DNA of 64,000 nt from the human T2T-CHM13v2.0 reference genome, Homo sapiens, in NCBI RefSeq assembly GCF_009914755.1, contig NC_060936.1, one strand, 5' to 3'. A program made the position numbers and the translations under genes. This document shows, piece after piece, positions 16,306-30,329 of the stretch. The notes beneath the pieces are model-generated. The model was given only the letters and a program-made list of their open reading frames with translations, did no database searches and had not been told where the DNA came from. Position 1 is the stretch's first letter; the number at the start of each line of letters is the position of its first letter.

Positions 16306-18004
16306 CTTGCTAAATAGTTCCAATTGTCCACACCAAAAACAAAGAATTTGTTTTGTTGATTTATTTCTTCCATTAGTTACATTTCACTCTTTATCATTTC
16401 CCCAAAATTTTGCCTTTAATATATATTAGGAATTGTTTACTTCTCTTCATCTCTGCTACCTCTACCCCAATTCATCTACAAAGAAACAAAATCATGGGAG
16501 ATTTGTTGACTATATAAAAAAAAAATACAGTCCCAAGCCTCAGAGAGCATCCAATTTAACAATATGAACCAACACATGCATTTTTAAAATGGTAAAATCA
16601 TATGACACATACTAAATTTAAGGAAAGTATTTTGGTAGTAAAAGATTCATGTAAGAAATAAATTAATTATGGTTTTGGTAGCAACAGAAATTAACAAAAA
16701 TGAGAAAATTCTCCCTCTGCTTTTTCTTATGGGATTAGTGCCATTTTACCAGGCACACTCTGAAAATGGGTGCATATATGTTAGTGGGGAAGATTTAGGG
16801 GTAATGATTTTAACATAAAGGATGGGAGAGAGAAAAAAAGATGAGAAGACAGATAACCAGTTAGAAAGCTGGTGAGCAATCCTAAGAACCTGAATTTGAG
16901 TATTGAATGTGGAGATAAAGAAAAAGACAGAAATTCTATAGATGGAAGTTTCCTTCTTTCACACAATTCAGTTTTCATTGTGGGAGGAAATGCATGCTTG
17001 CTTTTACACTAAGGTATAACAAGAAAGACATCCCTCAAGACACTTATAAATTTTGGTGGCCTTCTCTGTACTGAAATTGTGCAATATATTTCAATGTCTA
17101 TTATTAGCTAGATCTATGACATCCAAAAAAGTGGGAAATGAAAGCCAAAATAAGACAACCAGAAGGAAACAGATATATTGCTATTCTAGAATTATTGTGT
17201 CCTGTTCTCATTTTTAGAAATACATCAAAATTTTTAGAAAATGGAAATATGTCATTTAGGTATCACAACTCTTTACTGGGATAAGCATTATCTTAGTCTC
17301 AAAAACTCTTCGTTTTGTTTCAAGTTAAAAGTCAGTGAAAGCATTATTGATCTAGCCTCTTAATATAAAACACTGCACCTTCACCTTCACCCAAGCTATA
17401 AATTCAAAACTCAGCGTATGATTGCTCCATCAGTCTGAAAAAAGGCTGTTGGAGGAATTTAAAAATAAAATTTAATATATACATGCATCCAAGATATGAC
17501 TTATTCATACTTTTATATTTTTAGTGTCAGCAGTGAAACTAAAGTTTTCACTACTTTATGTTAGATTTATCTTGGATGTATTTTAAGCATTAAGAATGAA
17601 ATGACAGAGTCTATCATTTATATCAAAATTATAATCTCTAAAGTGACCTGTGAGGTTCCAAATATGTGCACAGAAAACCAGTAATACATTATGATAAGTA
17701 TATATTACATATGATTCCCTATTGTCTTCTGCCAGTCCACTAAGCAGATGCATCTCTGGTCCCAAGGGGCATATGTAAGGTGACATGTTTATATATGTCT
17801 GAAAGTTCCCATTTGACAATCCTTTCTCTACACCTCTAGCCAGAGGACAGGTTGTGCAACTGGAAGGAGTAAAGCAGTGTGCTGAGATAAAATATAAATA
17901 AATCCCATAATAGCTCTCCTGATTAAATCCAGTTTTCTTTCCTGAAACTTTGCTTAAATGTTATCCATTCTGATGACAGAAGCCATCTGTTTTTGTTTGG
18001 GCTT

Positions 18005-18215
18005 TTAAATAAACATTTATGGAGCCCTTACCATAAGCTAGCTACTGTTTTATGTGGTGTACATGGATTATCTCATTTAATTTAATTCTTCTAAACACCT
18101 AGTGAAGTTTGCCCTATTATTATCCCCATTATGCTGATAAAGAAATTAAGATTTAAAGAGTTAGTGATTTGCAGAAGGTCACAAACCTAGAACACAGAGG
18201 CTTTGGTTGAGACTG
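18005..18215 (-). mobile_element. MIR
   Basis: ggattatctcatttaat...ctattattatccccatt...gataaagaaattaag. Confidence 0.75.
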
Positions 18216-18663
18216 TTTTTTCCGTAATAATTCTTAAATCAGAAGGGTCATGGAAGCATATAATCAGGCATTCTTTTCTTCCAAAGCTAAACATTTTTCC
18301 CACTTAAATTTGAAATTTACTTCTTTTCCAAGGAAACAGAGATGGGTCAAGAGAAAGGGTGGGAATTACATCTTTTTAATTTGACATTAGGCAATTGACA
18401 TATTTCTTTTTCTTCCTGGAAATAAGTCACCATCCCTTGAAACTAATGGGTCATCTTCATGTTTTAGAAAAGACAATTTAATTCATGATGCAATTTACCA
18501 AATACTATACAATCATTCCATATATATTTAACTATTTTATGTATTTAAGTCCTACTTTATCACACAAATAATTGAGTTGTTCATACAATATTAATTATAA
18601 AATAAAACTAGGTCCCTCCTAATATAACTATAAACTATAAGGTTGAAGGAAACTTAGACCGTC

Positions 18664-18902
18664 GGCCGGGCGCGGTGGCTCAAGCCTGCAATCCCAGAAC
18701 TTTGCGAGGCCGAGGCGGGTGGATCACGAGGTCAGAAGATCAAGACCATCCTGGATAACACGGTGAAACCCTGTCTCTACTAAAAATACAAAAGAACTTG
18801 GGAGGCGGAGCTTGCAGTGAGCTGAGATCGCGCCACTGCACTCCAGCCTGTGCGACAGAGCGAGACTCCGTCTCAAAAAAAAAAGAAAAAAAAAAGGAAA
18901 AG
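18664..18902 (+). mobile_element. AluY with internal deletion of the start of the right arm
   Basis: taacacggtg and gcggagcttgcag AluY diagnostics; linker joins directly to gaacttgggagg; TSD gaaggaaac(tt)agacc(g/a)tc. Confidence 0.9.
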
Positions 18903-20095
18903 AAGGAAACAGACCATCATCTCTGCCAACCACACATAAAATATTTAAAACATTTATTGTATCCTACCTAGGTTTAAACATCTGTGGTAGGGAGAAAATC
19001 GCCATGTACAATGTCAGATTGTTCCATCAAAAACTCATATACCTAGCTTTTTCCCATATATTGAGGCAAATAAGTCTTCCTGTACAATCTATTTGTTGAA
19101 CCTAATTTATCCCTTAGGGGTCATTTTTTTAACAGTTCATCAATATTCACATACCATACAATTCATCCATTAAAGTGTACAATTCTAACTTTTTAAGTAT
19201 ATTCACAGAACTGAGCAACTATCACCACAATCCATTTTAGAACATCTTCATGACCCCAAAAAGAAACATCCTTCCTATTAGCAATCACTCCCATTTTTGC
19301 CCCAATCTCTCCAGCTCAGGAAACCACTGAGCTACTTTCTGTCTCTATAGATGTTCCTATTCTGAACATTTTATATATATGAAATTACAAAATCTGTAGT
19401 CTTTTTTGACTGGCTTCTTTCTCTTAGAATATGTTTTCAAGATTCATCTGCATTATAAAATGCATCAGTACTTCATTTCTTTTTATTGCAGAATAGTATT
19501 TCATTGGATGAATATACCAAATTTTATTTATCTATGTCCCAGTTGATCAAGTTGTTTCAACTTTTCACTACGTTGAAAATTCTGTAGCAAACATTTGTAT
19601 ACAAAGTTTTTTTTTGTGAATGTATGTTTTCAATTCTCTTGAAATTCCATACCTAGGTCTACCTGTAACATTTTGAGGAACTGCCAAACTGTTTTCCATA
19701 AAACATAAAGCGTCTGTGCCATTTTATATTGCCACCAGCAATAGGTGTGAGGGTTCCAAATTCCCCACATGTTCATCAACACTTATTATCTATCTTTTTT
19801 TTAAAGCCATTCTGGTAGGAGTGAATTAGTATCTCATTGGTTTTGATTTGCATTTCCCTAATGCCTGACAGTCTTCATCCTCTTTTCATGTGCTTTTGGC
19901 CATTTGTATGTCATCTTTGAAGAAATGTATACTTGGGTCTTTTGCTCTTTTTTTAATTGGTTTATTTAATTGTTTTGAAAATTGATTTGTGTTGTCTATA
20001 TTAAAGATATGCAATATGATGTTTTGAGATACATACACATAAATGATTACTGCAGTCAAACAAATGTACATATCCATCACCTTCTATATTTACCT

Positions 20096-20097
<2 letters not shown>

Positions 20098-20129
<32 letters not shown>
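20098..20129. repeat. (TG)n microsatellite
   Basis: Direct reading. Confidence 0.95.
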
Positions 20130-20130
<1 letters not shown>

Positions 20131-20458
20131 ATCTGTGAGGTAAAAACACCTAAAATATACTCTCTTAGCAGATTTTTCAGTATACAGTAGAATATTATTA
20201 ACTACAGTCTTCATACTGTACATTAGGCCCCTAGACATATTCATTCTTCCTAACTGCAAATTTGTAGCCTTTGATCCACATCTCCATTTCTTCCTCTCAT
20301 AATAACTACAGTTCTACTCTCTGTTTCTATTTATTCAACTTTATATTGTAGGATTCTGCATATAAGAAAGGTCATAGAATATTTTTCTTTCTGTATATTG
20401 CTTATTTCACTTAGCATAATGTCCTCTAGCTTCATCCATGTTGTCAAAAATGGAAGTA

Positions 20459-20777
20459 GAGTCAGTTCTCCATTTCTGTGGGTTCTGCATATGCAGATTC
20501 AATAAACTACAGATAATAGATATTAAATAGATAAATAAATAAAAATTAATAAAATAACACAAATAAAAAACAATATAGCATAACAACTATTTATGTAGCA
20601 TTTACATTGTATTAGGTACTATAAGCAACCTAGAGATGATTTAAAGTATATGGGAAGATGTGCACAGATTATATGCAAATACTATGCCACTTTATTTAAG
20701 GGACTTAAGCAACCACAGATTTTGATATCTCCAAGGCATGCTGGAACAAATCCCCTGCAGATATCAAGGGATTACTA
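20459..20777. mobile_element. Tigger3a-like TcMar DNA transposon
   Basis: gtcag..ctccat..ctgtgggttctgcat..gcagattcaa...tagagatgatttaaagtata...gggacttaagca...gatatcaaggga. Confidence 0.85.
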
Positions 20778-22574
20778 TATCTATTTTTTAAAAACTGAAT
20801 AATATTCCACTGTGCTTGTGTATGTGTGTGTGTGTGTGTATTTTTTATCCATTCGTCTGTCAGTGGGCACTTAGGTTGTTTCCACATCTTTGCTACTGTG
20901 AATAATGCTGCTGCAATGAAAATGGAAACACAGATATATCTATATGAGGTTCTGATTTCACTTCCTTGGATATGTTCTTAACAGAGGGATTATTTGCTAA
21001 CAAGCCCACTAAGAAAACACAGTGGGGGAGGATAATGTCTTCAATAAGTGTTGTGAAAATTAGATACACACGTGCAAAACACTGAAACTGGACAATTGCG
21101 TATGTTATCTTATGCCATACACAAAAATTCAATATGGATAAATGACCTAAACAAGAAACCTAAAACCATAAAACTCCACAAAGAAAACATAGAGGGAAAG
21201 CTCCTTGACATTAGCCTTGGCAATGATATTTTGGATATCACACCAAAGCTCAGGCAACAAAAGCAAAAGTAAACAAGAGGGTCTACATAAAACTAAAAAG
21301 TTTATGTACAGCAAGGGGAACAATAAAATGAAAAGGTAGTCTACAGATTGAGAGAAAATATTTTCAAAGCATAAATCTGACAAGAGATTAATATATAAAA
21401 TATATAAGGAAATCTCACAATTCAATATTTTTAAAAATGAACAATCCAGTTTAAAAATTGGCGAAAGTCCCAAATAGAAATTTTTCCAAAGAAGGCACAA
21501 AAATGACCAACAGGTATATGAAAAGGGGTTCAACATCACTAATCAATAGGGAAATGCAAAAAAAAAAAAAAAAAAAAGCCAAAACGAGCTATCGCTTCAC
21601 ACCTGTTGGGATGGATATATCAAAAAGTCAATAGATAAAAGTGTTCCTGAGACTACCGAGGAAAGAAAACCCTTATACATTGTTGGTGGGGATGTAAATA
21701 GGACAGCCATTATGGAAAACAGTATGAAGGTGACTCAAAAAATTAAAAATAGAACTAGCTTATGGGTTACTTTTCAATTATTGAATTGTAAGAGTTTCAT
21801 ATATACATACTCTGGATACAAGTCTTTTATCACATATGTGGTTTGAAAATATTTTATCTCTCATTCTGTGGTTGTGTTTTTACTTTCTTGATGGTATCAT
21901 TTGCAGCACAAGAGTTTTTAATTTTGATGAAGTCCAATTTATGTATATTTTTATTGGTGCTGTTGGTATTATTGGGGCCATTTTGACAATAATAATCAAA
22001 ATTCCATATAATGGGCCTTCAAATATTTGAAAACAACTCTTATGTCTACATGAAATCCACACTGCACCTTATCCATATTTCTTTATTAAATATTCTAATG
22101 TCAAATCTTTTCAATATATTCATTACTTTACTCTGTAAGTGACTATTTTAAGTATAGACTGAAAAGTCTAGGTAAGACTAAGAATATTGTGTCCTTCACA
22201 TTATTTTTTTTACTTCAAATACTAGTTCTTATTGGATCACGTTGATATTATAGATATGTAACATTTCTAAGTTTCCTTGCTGCTTTCTATATTTGTATAC
22301 AAAGCTCTGTAAGCAACATCGTTTTTAATGTAATGCATAATACTCTATTGTGTATTTGTGTGCATGTATATAAAATTTCACCTTAATATTTTATAAATAA
22401 TGAAACTAAGCATCATTTAAAAAATGTAAAATTATCTTTAACGGAGTTAAATGTATTTTAACATCTTATATATTGAAACATTGAAACACACACCTTCAGA
22501 CACAAGTAAGAAATACATCAATAAGATAACAGATATTTATTAATAGAAATTTTAAATACCACTTGTAGTCTTTT

Positions 22575-25358
22575 TCTCAATATAGATTTTAAAGATATGC
22601 ATTAAAAATTACATAAAATACACCTGTATAATTTAAACTATATTTATAAAACAAATACCTGATTTAACAAGGTAGAGAAGTAGGACATCGACAACATTTT
22701 GGAAAGCCTGGAATTATGTCTTCCTCTGTAACATCCATTTCCCTCCTGCCTTGAGATACCCAATATTGTAAATTTATAACAATTATTTATTGCTTTTAGC
22801 AATGTTTTTCTTGTTTTTTAACTTTCTATAATTAGAATAATTTATTATTTAGCAACTTGGCTCTTTTGTTTATCATGATATTTTATCAGTGATGTGTGAC
22901 ATTCCGTTGTATGAGTATACCACAAATTTTTATCCATTTTCTTGTGGATGAATATTTATGTTGCTTTCTATTTGTGGTTATTTTTAAAATCTGATGTTTT
23001 TAACTATCTCAATTCTTATAACTGTCTAATTTTAAAATCTAATTCTTATAACTATCTCCTGGTACACACATGCAGGAGATTCTCTAGAGAGTATATTGGG
23101 AAAGGAATAAATGTTTTTCATATATTCAGCTTTACTAGAGAATGTCATACTCTTTCCCAAAATATTTATTAAAACATGTGTACTTCTGATTCATACCAAA
23201 TTGTATTTATTTTTAAATTTCACATGTCCCTCTAGTGACTAAGTAAGGATATCTAGCTATGAATTTAGTTTGTATTTCTTTAATAATAAATGAGAGGCAT
23301 TAGCTTTTTATTTGTTCAATCACCCTTTGGATTTTTTTTTGTTTTCTAAAGTATCTGTATAAACCTATTGATTTTCTTCAATGAGTTGTAGAAATCTCTA
23401 CATATTAAGGATATGGATAACCTATTGGTTATATGTGCTGCAACTTCTGCTATTTTTTTATTCTTTTGATGAAAAAATTATTAATTTTAATGTATTTGAA
23501 CACTTTTTCTTTAAGGGTTTTCTTGTTTTAATGAAGAAATCTTTCTTCAGCCCAAGATCATAAAGACATTATCTGATTGGATATTCTAAAATCTTAACTT
23601 TAATCCACCTACACTTCACTTTTGTACATGGTATGAGAAGGAGTTTACAATATCCATTAATTTCTTGGTGAATATTCAATTATGCCATTACCATTAATTT
23701 AAAAGCCCATCTTTTTCTTACCTAATTGCAGTGCCACCTCTGTTATATATGTCTGGTTCTGTTTCTGGACTCTGAGATCTGTTCCACTGGTCTATTTCTC
23801 TAAACCTGCCCCAGTACAGCAACTATTTTATAGCTTTATAAGGAGTCTTAATATCTTTTAGAATGCTTTCACCAACAATTATGTTTTTCTTTCAAGAATG
23901 TCTTAGTTTTTGCATTTCCATAAAAATTTTGTAATCAACCTCGTAAATTCAACAATACCAAATCTATAGTGATCTCCGTGGGAACTGTGCCATAACTACA
24001 GATCAATTTGGAAAGAAATGTCATCTTTTTAAAACTAAGTTTCCCAATCCATGATTATAATACATTACTGTTTATTTATATATTTTAATGACCTTCAAAA
24101 ACGCCATCATTTTGTCCATAGAGATCTTATACACTTTTGTTAAACTTGTTCCTAGGCATTGACATTTTTTGTTGCTACTGTGAATGTTATGCTCTAAAGC
24201 TTCATTTTCTGTTTGTGGCTCATATAGCATTGTATATTAATCTACTGTTTGGTATTAATTTTGTATCCAGAACCTTTACTGAACTGTCGTTAATTTTACA
24301 TAAATTATGTATTTAATGTTGAATAGGATTAGTATTATCAGCATCCAGGTTCCAAAGCCCAAGAGAAAGCTTTTAGTATCTACTGAAAATTGGTATGTTG
24401 GTAACAATATCACATAAGCCTTATCAAATGAACTAGGATACATATTTCCTTATATTTCCTTTTCTATCCTCTGGAAGAGTTTGCATAAAATAAGAATTAT
24501 TTCTTGTTGGATTATCTGGTAAAAGTCACAAGTAAAGCCATCCAGATCTGAAGTTTTTTTGTGAAAAAATTTTGATCACTCAATTTATTTTATGTTTATA
24601 GGAATATAGAATTCCCATTTTCTGTTTTGCCTTGATTCAGTTTGAGTAAGTTATCATTTCCAAGGAATTTGAACTTTTTTTCATATTTTAAAATTTATTC
24701 ACATAATTATAATGCCATCTATCTAGTTACGATATGCAGCACCTGTAGTTATGTTCCTTTTTACATTCTTTATATGAATTTTTTATGCCTCCTTTTTTTC
24801 ATAATTAAGCCTGCCAGAGGTTTGTCAATTTTATTTCTCTTTTCCCTCCAAAATGCAGAGTTTTGGCTTGGTTGATACTTTCTCTTGTATATCTGTTTTC
24901 TAGATCATTAATTTTTCTCTTACATTTATTATATTCTTCCTCATACATTTTGGGGGTTTATTTTGCTATACTTTTCTAAATTTTTGAGACAAATGGTTGG
25001 CATTAATTATCCTTTAAGATAAATCTTTAAGGACACAAATATCTAATCATTGCTTAGCTATATGACCCTGAAATATCTATTTAGTTTTTTCACTATTATG
25101 AAGTTAAAAATATCTTCTAATTTCCAATATGATTCCTTCTTTAAACCATGGATTATATATAACTGTGTTTAATGAGTTCCCATCTTATAGAATTTCTCCA
25201 TAAGAACATAACATAAGAACTGTTACTGCTTTCTAACCTCTCAAAACTTAAATGCATTTTGGTAAGAGAACATGTTTTATATAATTTCAAGTGTTATTAG
25301 ATTTTTGAAGCTTTCTTTGAGAAACATTGTCAATATTTTTAAAGTTTTCCATATATGC

Positions 25359-25400
<42 letters not shown>

Positions 25401-25790
25401 CATAAAATATGTATGTCCTTGAGTATCTGAGTTCATTAGGTCAAGAATGCTAATTGTATTGTTCATACTTTACTTACGTTTTGATCTCCTTGTTGTATCA
25501 ACTAATGAAATAAGTATCCTAAAATCTGCCACCACAACTGAAGATGTATTTATTTATTTCTATAATTCTGAATGTTCTCCCTTCATATATTTGAGGCTAT
25601 GCTAGTAGGTATCCATATTTACATAAATTTTCTATCTTCCTTAGACATTGAACCATTTATCTATGTGAAGTGACTGTCTGCATCTCTCAGAAATCTTTTA
25701 TACACTGAAGCCAATTTTGCCTAACAGTAATATAGCTGCACCTGTTTTGTTGTTGCTCTTGTTGTTAGTGTTTGCATGGTAAATTATTTA
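22575..25790 (-). mobile_element. Old L1 (L1ME/L1MD-type), highly decayed, with internal deletions
   Basis: Patchy antisense ORF2 and 3' UTR similarity throughout. Confidence 0.7.
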
Positions 25791-26289
25791 TGGCTTGTGG
25801 GTTGTTGTTGTTGTTGTTTTTACTACCCAAGTGATAAGAATTTTTACCACAGTTCAATTCAAAATCTCACATATGGTGGTAATTTCTTAACGAATTTTTT
25901 TCTTTTCTCCTGCTCGCTAAGTGCCAGAGAAACTTTTCTTGTAATATCCTAGGGATGAGGGGATGGGTAGGAACACGTTTAGCTTTTAGTTCATACTTAG
26001 AAATTCTGAGATTGTAGTCCTTTGAGGTCTCAGATTTACGTTGGGGCCTCAGAGTTTCTGCATTAGCACTGCCCCACACCCTTTTTATTGTTTCCCAGTC
26101 TTTTATTTCCACACACAATTTGTGATCAGGCCATCAGATCTGAAACTCAAGTTGGTCCAATTAACAAAATTCCCATGGAGCAAGAGTAACTTCAGCTCTT
26201 GGCCTCAGCCTAGCTTTCAAATTTCCCGGGATCTTCATTAGCCATTCAACACATTTGCTATCCCTCTAAAACCTTTATAACCATTTTTT

Positions 26290-26530
26290 TCTACATATTA
26301 ACTGGAAAGTTTGTATATTATAATAACTAAGTATGCAAATGCTAAATGCATATATCTCAACCCTGCAGTTTACTAGCACTATGATTTGGGCAAACCACTT
26401 CACCTCTCTGAGCCTCAGTTTACTTCTCAATGAAGTGTAGATAAATATACTACTCACCTCATAGCGTTATTGAGGTATTTAAAGAGGAGACTGAGCTTAA
26501 GACATGTAGCACAGCTCAGGATACATTAGT
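26290..26530 (+). mobile_element. MIR
   Basis: gatttgggcaaaccacttcacctctctgagcctcagttt core. Confidence 0.8.
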
Positions 26531-27569
26531 TCAAATACTTTGAGTTTCAAGTTAAAAAAAAAAAGAACCCTGCCTCAACTGCCATAGTAGTAGGAAGTTT
26601 TACATTACACACACTTCTGAAGGTAGGAAAGCTCCAGCTTATTATATTCACTGGTTCAAAGACATTATGAATGAGTGAAGTATTTCTACCCTTTCCTGCT
26701 ATGCTTACCAGGTTGACTTTTTCCCTTCATGGTCTATAGATGATATTTGCCTCTTCAACCATTTTCTTCTTTATGGAAATGTTTGAAGACCTTAACAAAC
26801 TTTTCTTTTCCTCTGTCTTTCAGAAACTTTCCCATCCTCGTTAACTTTCCTTAAAGGTCAGAATGTTCTCCTCTCCCTTTCTAAACTTACCAGTGGTAAA
26901 ACATTATAGGGGCACAAGGATTGTCTTAAATCAATCATGACTCTGGAGCTAGAGTTGATGTTTTTCCCCCTTGAACACATGCTACACAAAAGACAGTTAA
27001 TAGCTGAACAAAATTTGTGTTTTGTTAGTAGGAGAAGGGGAGGATTCGCTTTGGTTAGAAATAAATAATATCTTCTAAAATTTCTATTATTATTCTTAAT
27101 TGGGTAATTGATAAAATGTATTCCACAGGGCACAACAGAAGCTAGAACCTTAAATGAACAGTTAGAAATTCTCTTACATGTTTACATTAATTCATTAATC
27201 AGAACTCTTTGAATAAAGTTACTAAGCAATTATTTTTCTAAACAACTATTCAAATATCTTTTTTCTGTCTTTCTCACAAGTATAAGATTAAAGAGCTTTT
27301 CTACTGACTTACTAAAGTTCAGAAACAAAATGCCTAATGTTTAGTGAGTGAGGTCTTTTATCAGTCTAGTATTTCTGTCCAAATGAATTTAGACTGACAT
27401 GATTCATTTGAAATGAATTCATCTTGGCTCCTGGTGGCCAATTATTCCTTTCCTAGCTGCTCATAAATTACTATTTCAGTAATTCCTCCTTGTTTTTGGT
27501 CAAGAATCAACATCATAGACGTTGATCTTCCCCATGGATTATAAATACTAATAGTGGTGGCAGTGGTAA

Positions 27570-27745
27570 CAGTACAGATAATATTTTGAAGGAATCTACT
27601 ATGTGCTAGGCTTTTTGCTATGGTCTTTAAATATATCAAATCATTTAATACTCATGGCAACCCTGTAAATCTGAAACCTTGGCACAGAGTAGACAAGTTT
27701 CCTGCCCCAGATAAAAGTATCCAGAATCTGGAGCCCATGCTCTGG
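27570..27745 (-). mobile_element. MIR
   Basis: tactatgtgctaggc...tcatttaatactcatggcaaccct...ggagcccatgctct. Confidence 0.7.
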
Positions 27746-27808
27746 GCTACCATACAATAATATAATATTGGTAGTTCCTTTGCTTGTACTCAAGCCTCAT
27801 AAGGCATA

Positions 27809-28172
27809 TGATATGGTTTGGCTGTGTCCCCACCCAAATCCCATCTTGAATTGTAGCTCCCATAATCCCCACATGTGGTGGGAGGGACACATTGGTAGGT
27901 AATTGAATCATGGGGGCGTATATTCCCTGTGCTGTTCTCATGAGAGTGAATAAATCTCATGAGATCTGATGGTTTTATAAAGGGCAGTTCGCCTGCACAC
28001 ATTCTCTTGCCTGTTGCCATATAAGATGTGCCTTTCCTCCTCCTTTGCCTTCCGCCATGATTATGAGGCCTTCCCAGCCATGTAGAACTGTGAGTTAATT
28101 AAACCTCTTTTTCTTTATAAATTACCCAGTCTCTGATATTTCTTCACAGCAGTATGAAAATGGACTAATACA
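27809..28172 (+). mobile_element. THE1 (C/D-like) solo LTR
   Basis: tgatatggtttggctgtgtcccc...ggactaataca with a perfect 5-bp TSD gcata. Confidence 0.95.
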
Positions 28173-29548
28173 GCATAATGTAATATATGGTAATTTTATT
28201 GTGAGTTCTCAACAAGCTCACGTGACGTTTCTGCCATACTATGTTTAATTACTTTGATTACTTTGCTTTTACCTGTCTAGTATCTCAATCTTACTTGGAC
28301 TGATAAATGAATTTCCAGTTAATGTCTTATCAATATAATTTGCCGCTATTAATCTGTAATTTCATGTTTGGGGTTGGAGTTAGCTCAAGCTATTACCTCC
28401 TAATGCTGGATTTTCCATAATTTCATGTTTGAGATCTCCTTAGAGCTGTAATTTATTTTACCACCGCTGCTTCCTAATCCTAAACAAGTGCATTGGACCT
28501 TATTTTTGAGAACAATTCATAAAATCTTCACATCAAGAAATATTGACAAGTGTCAACAAAATGTGTTTGAAGACTTAATAAACTTTACTATAAATAATCC
28601 TTATTTTACAGTAACTAAAGTGAACCTTTCAACCTTATTTTTCACACATATATTTAAGTCTATATGCAAAACAGAAACTATTTATTCACCTCTCCCTAAG
28701 TAGAATCAAGATCTTTGCTGGTTTTAAGGGGAAAAAATTTAATGTCAACAAATATAATTTTCTGTTAAATTCACACACATTTTGTTCATGGGCTTAGAAT
28801 AAATTTTTAGGAAATGTAAATATAGCTCTAGACAATTACGTGAAATTATACTCTCACTTTTTTCTAAAATTTAAAATGCTATCCATATATAATATATTGC
28901 ATCACTGTAGTAACTTTTCAGTACAGCTGTGGTTTTCATCATAAATTGGTAGTCAGTGAGCTATATCTCATGTCCAAGCCATCATTGGTATTCCATCTGT
29001 AGCTTTTTCTAAGTCCAGAACATTTTTCTATTCCCACCCTGATGTCAGTCCACAGCTGTACTTCCTCCTTATTTTCTCAGTTTATATAACTGCTTCTTGG
29101 TTCATTCTACTAAAACATACTGTATCAATATCCAAATATAGCAGTGTTAGAAAATATAGACTAAATCTCAGATTTCATAGGCAGTAATGAAAATGACTTT
29201 GGGAGGGAATGTGTAACCATACTGCACAGCATTTTCAACTTTTCTGTCTTTCTAATTATTCTTTTTGTCTTCCCCCCTTGTTTATTGGATTCCCTTAGTT
29301 TTCTGTCCCTGACTATTCAGATAAAGCTATGTCTGGTTATTGGTATGGTAGGGGAAGTGGTTGCAAGGGAGAAGGTTATAGGCATTTGGTAAGCTATGCA
29401 TTATCTCACTAGAAAAATGCCCATATGTACCTACCTATCACACCCATACACACACACACACAGACACACACACTAGACAATCCAAATGGAACAAATCACC
29501 TATGTACCTTGATATCATGTATTCACAATACAAGTATTATTTTCTTAC

Positions 29549-29586
29549 CTGCCAATAAGGAGTTATGATTACCTGCAGTTTGCAAG
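29549..29586 (-). other. Candidate 38-nt internal exon of an unidentified minus-strand transcript
   Basis: Minus strand reads ttatttcttttttcttttaacag|CTTGCAAACTGCAGGTAATCATAACTCCTTATTGGCAG|gtaaga, in non-repeat DNA. Confidence 0.45.
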
Positions 29587-30329
29587 CTGTTAAAAGAAAA
29601 AAGAAATAACTTCTCATTGCATAAAGTTCTCACATTTGGAGGTAAAAAGCATTTATAATCGATTTACTTTTATTAGAGACTTTGAAGAAATTGATGAGGA
29701 AAGTATTTTCATCTGAAGGAATAATAATTGAAGGCCCTAGTAATTAAACCAGAAGACTTTTTCCCCCACACTTAAGGGACCATTACTCTGTCATGGGTCT
29801 CATTTTGATTTCAGATGGTGGCCTTATTACTGAACCAAGAAAAAGTATTGAATATTAATTATGGAGAAAGAGTTTCTCTGTTTTATACCAGTCTTAACAT
29901 GTATTCTCTTTGCATTTACTTAAAAATCAGCAACTACTATAAATTCAGCATGAAAGTCAATATCACACACTGTCCTAAATGTGGTTTGCAAGCTTTCAAA
30001 TGCTCTGATTTTCTCAGTTTGAAATGGGATCTTCTCCTACATCTTTTCCCTGCCTTCTCATGGGTTGAACTAAGAAAGTATATGAAAAACTACAGCTTTT
30101 TGCATGCATTTCTACCAAAATTCCTTTCAAATCCCACCTCTTTTTTTCTTAGAGGTACAGTGCCTCTTAGATTCTGATGCACACACCCAGTCTCTGATTG
30201 TATACAGAAGGGGAAGAACTGGTGTGGCTAGAGGTTGACAGTACAAAGAGAACCTCAAAAATCAGTATCTGAAAATAGGATGTAATGAAGGGATGAGAAA
30301 GGGAATGGTGTCTTAGGCAAAATATTAGA

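Larger units (their letters stand above)
14547..16470 (+). mobile_element. L2 continuation, fragmented by MLT1, Alu, LTR and MST/THE1 insertions
   Basis: tcactccc..ttttgaaattctctc; cttctggcttttctcc; ttaatgttgaagg; atgactcccaaatgtacat follow the L2 consensus order. Confidence 0.65.
19978..21762 (-). mobile_element. L1MA (MA8/9-like) with 5' inversion: minus 19978 to ~20995, plus ~20996-21762
   Basis: The plus piece ends at KIEL(PY) and the minus piece starts at about IPLL..YP, so the two are nearly contiguous in ORF2. Confidence 0.8.
19123..21960 (-). mobile_element. L1MB-type 3' fragment (host of a nested L1MA)
   Basis: Antisense L1MB 3' UTR at 19123-19975, resuming at about 21763. Confidence 0.8.

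Noticed and set aside
18664-18690. ggctcaagcc suggesting an Old World monkey AluY
   Set aside because: Other macaque-type diagnostics are absent, and the L1PA2-4-type stubs point to a hominoid.
29815-30177. 120-aa ATG ORF in non-repeat DNA
   Set aside because: Composition is typical of a chance ORF in AT-rich DNA, with no recognisable domain.
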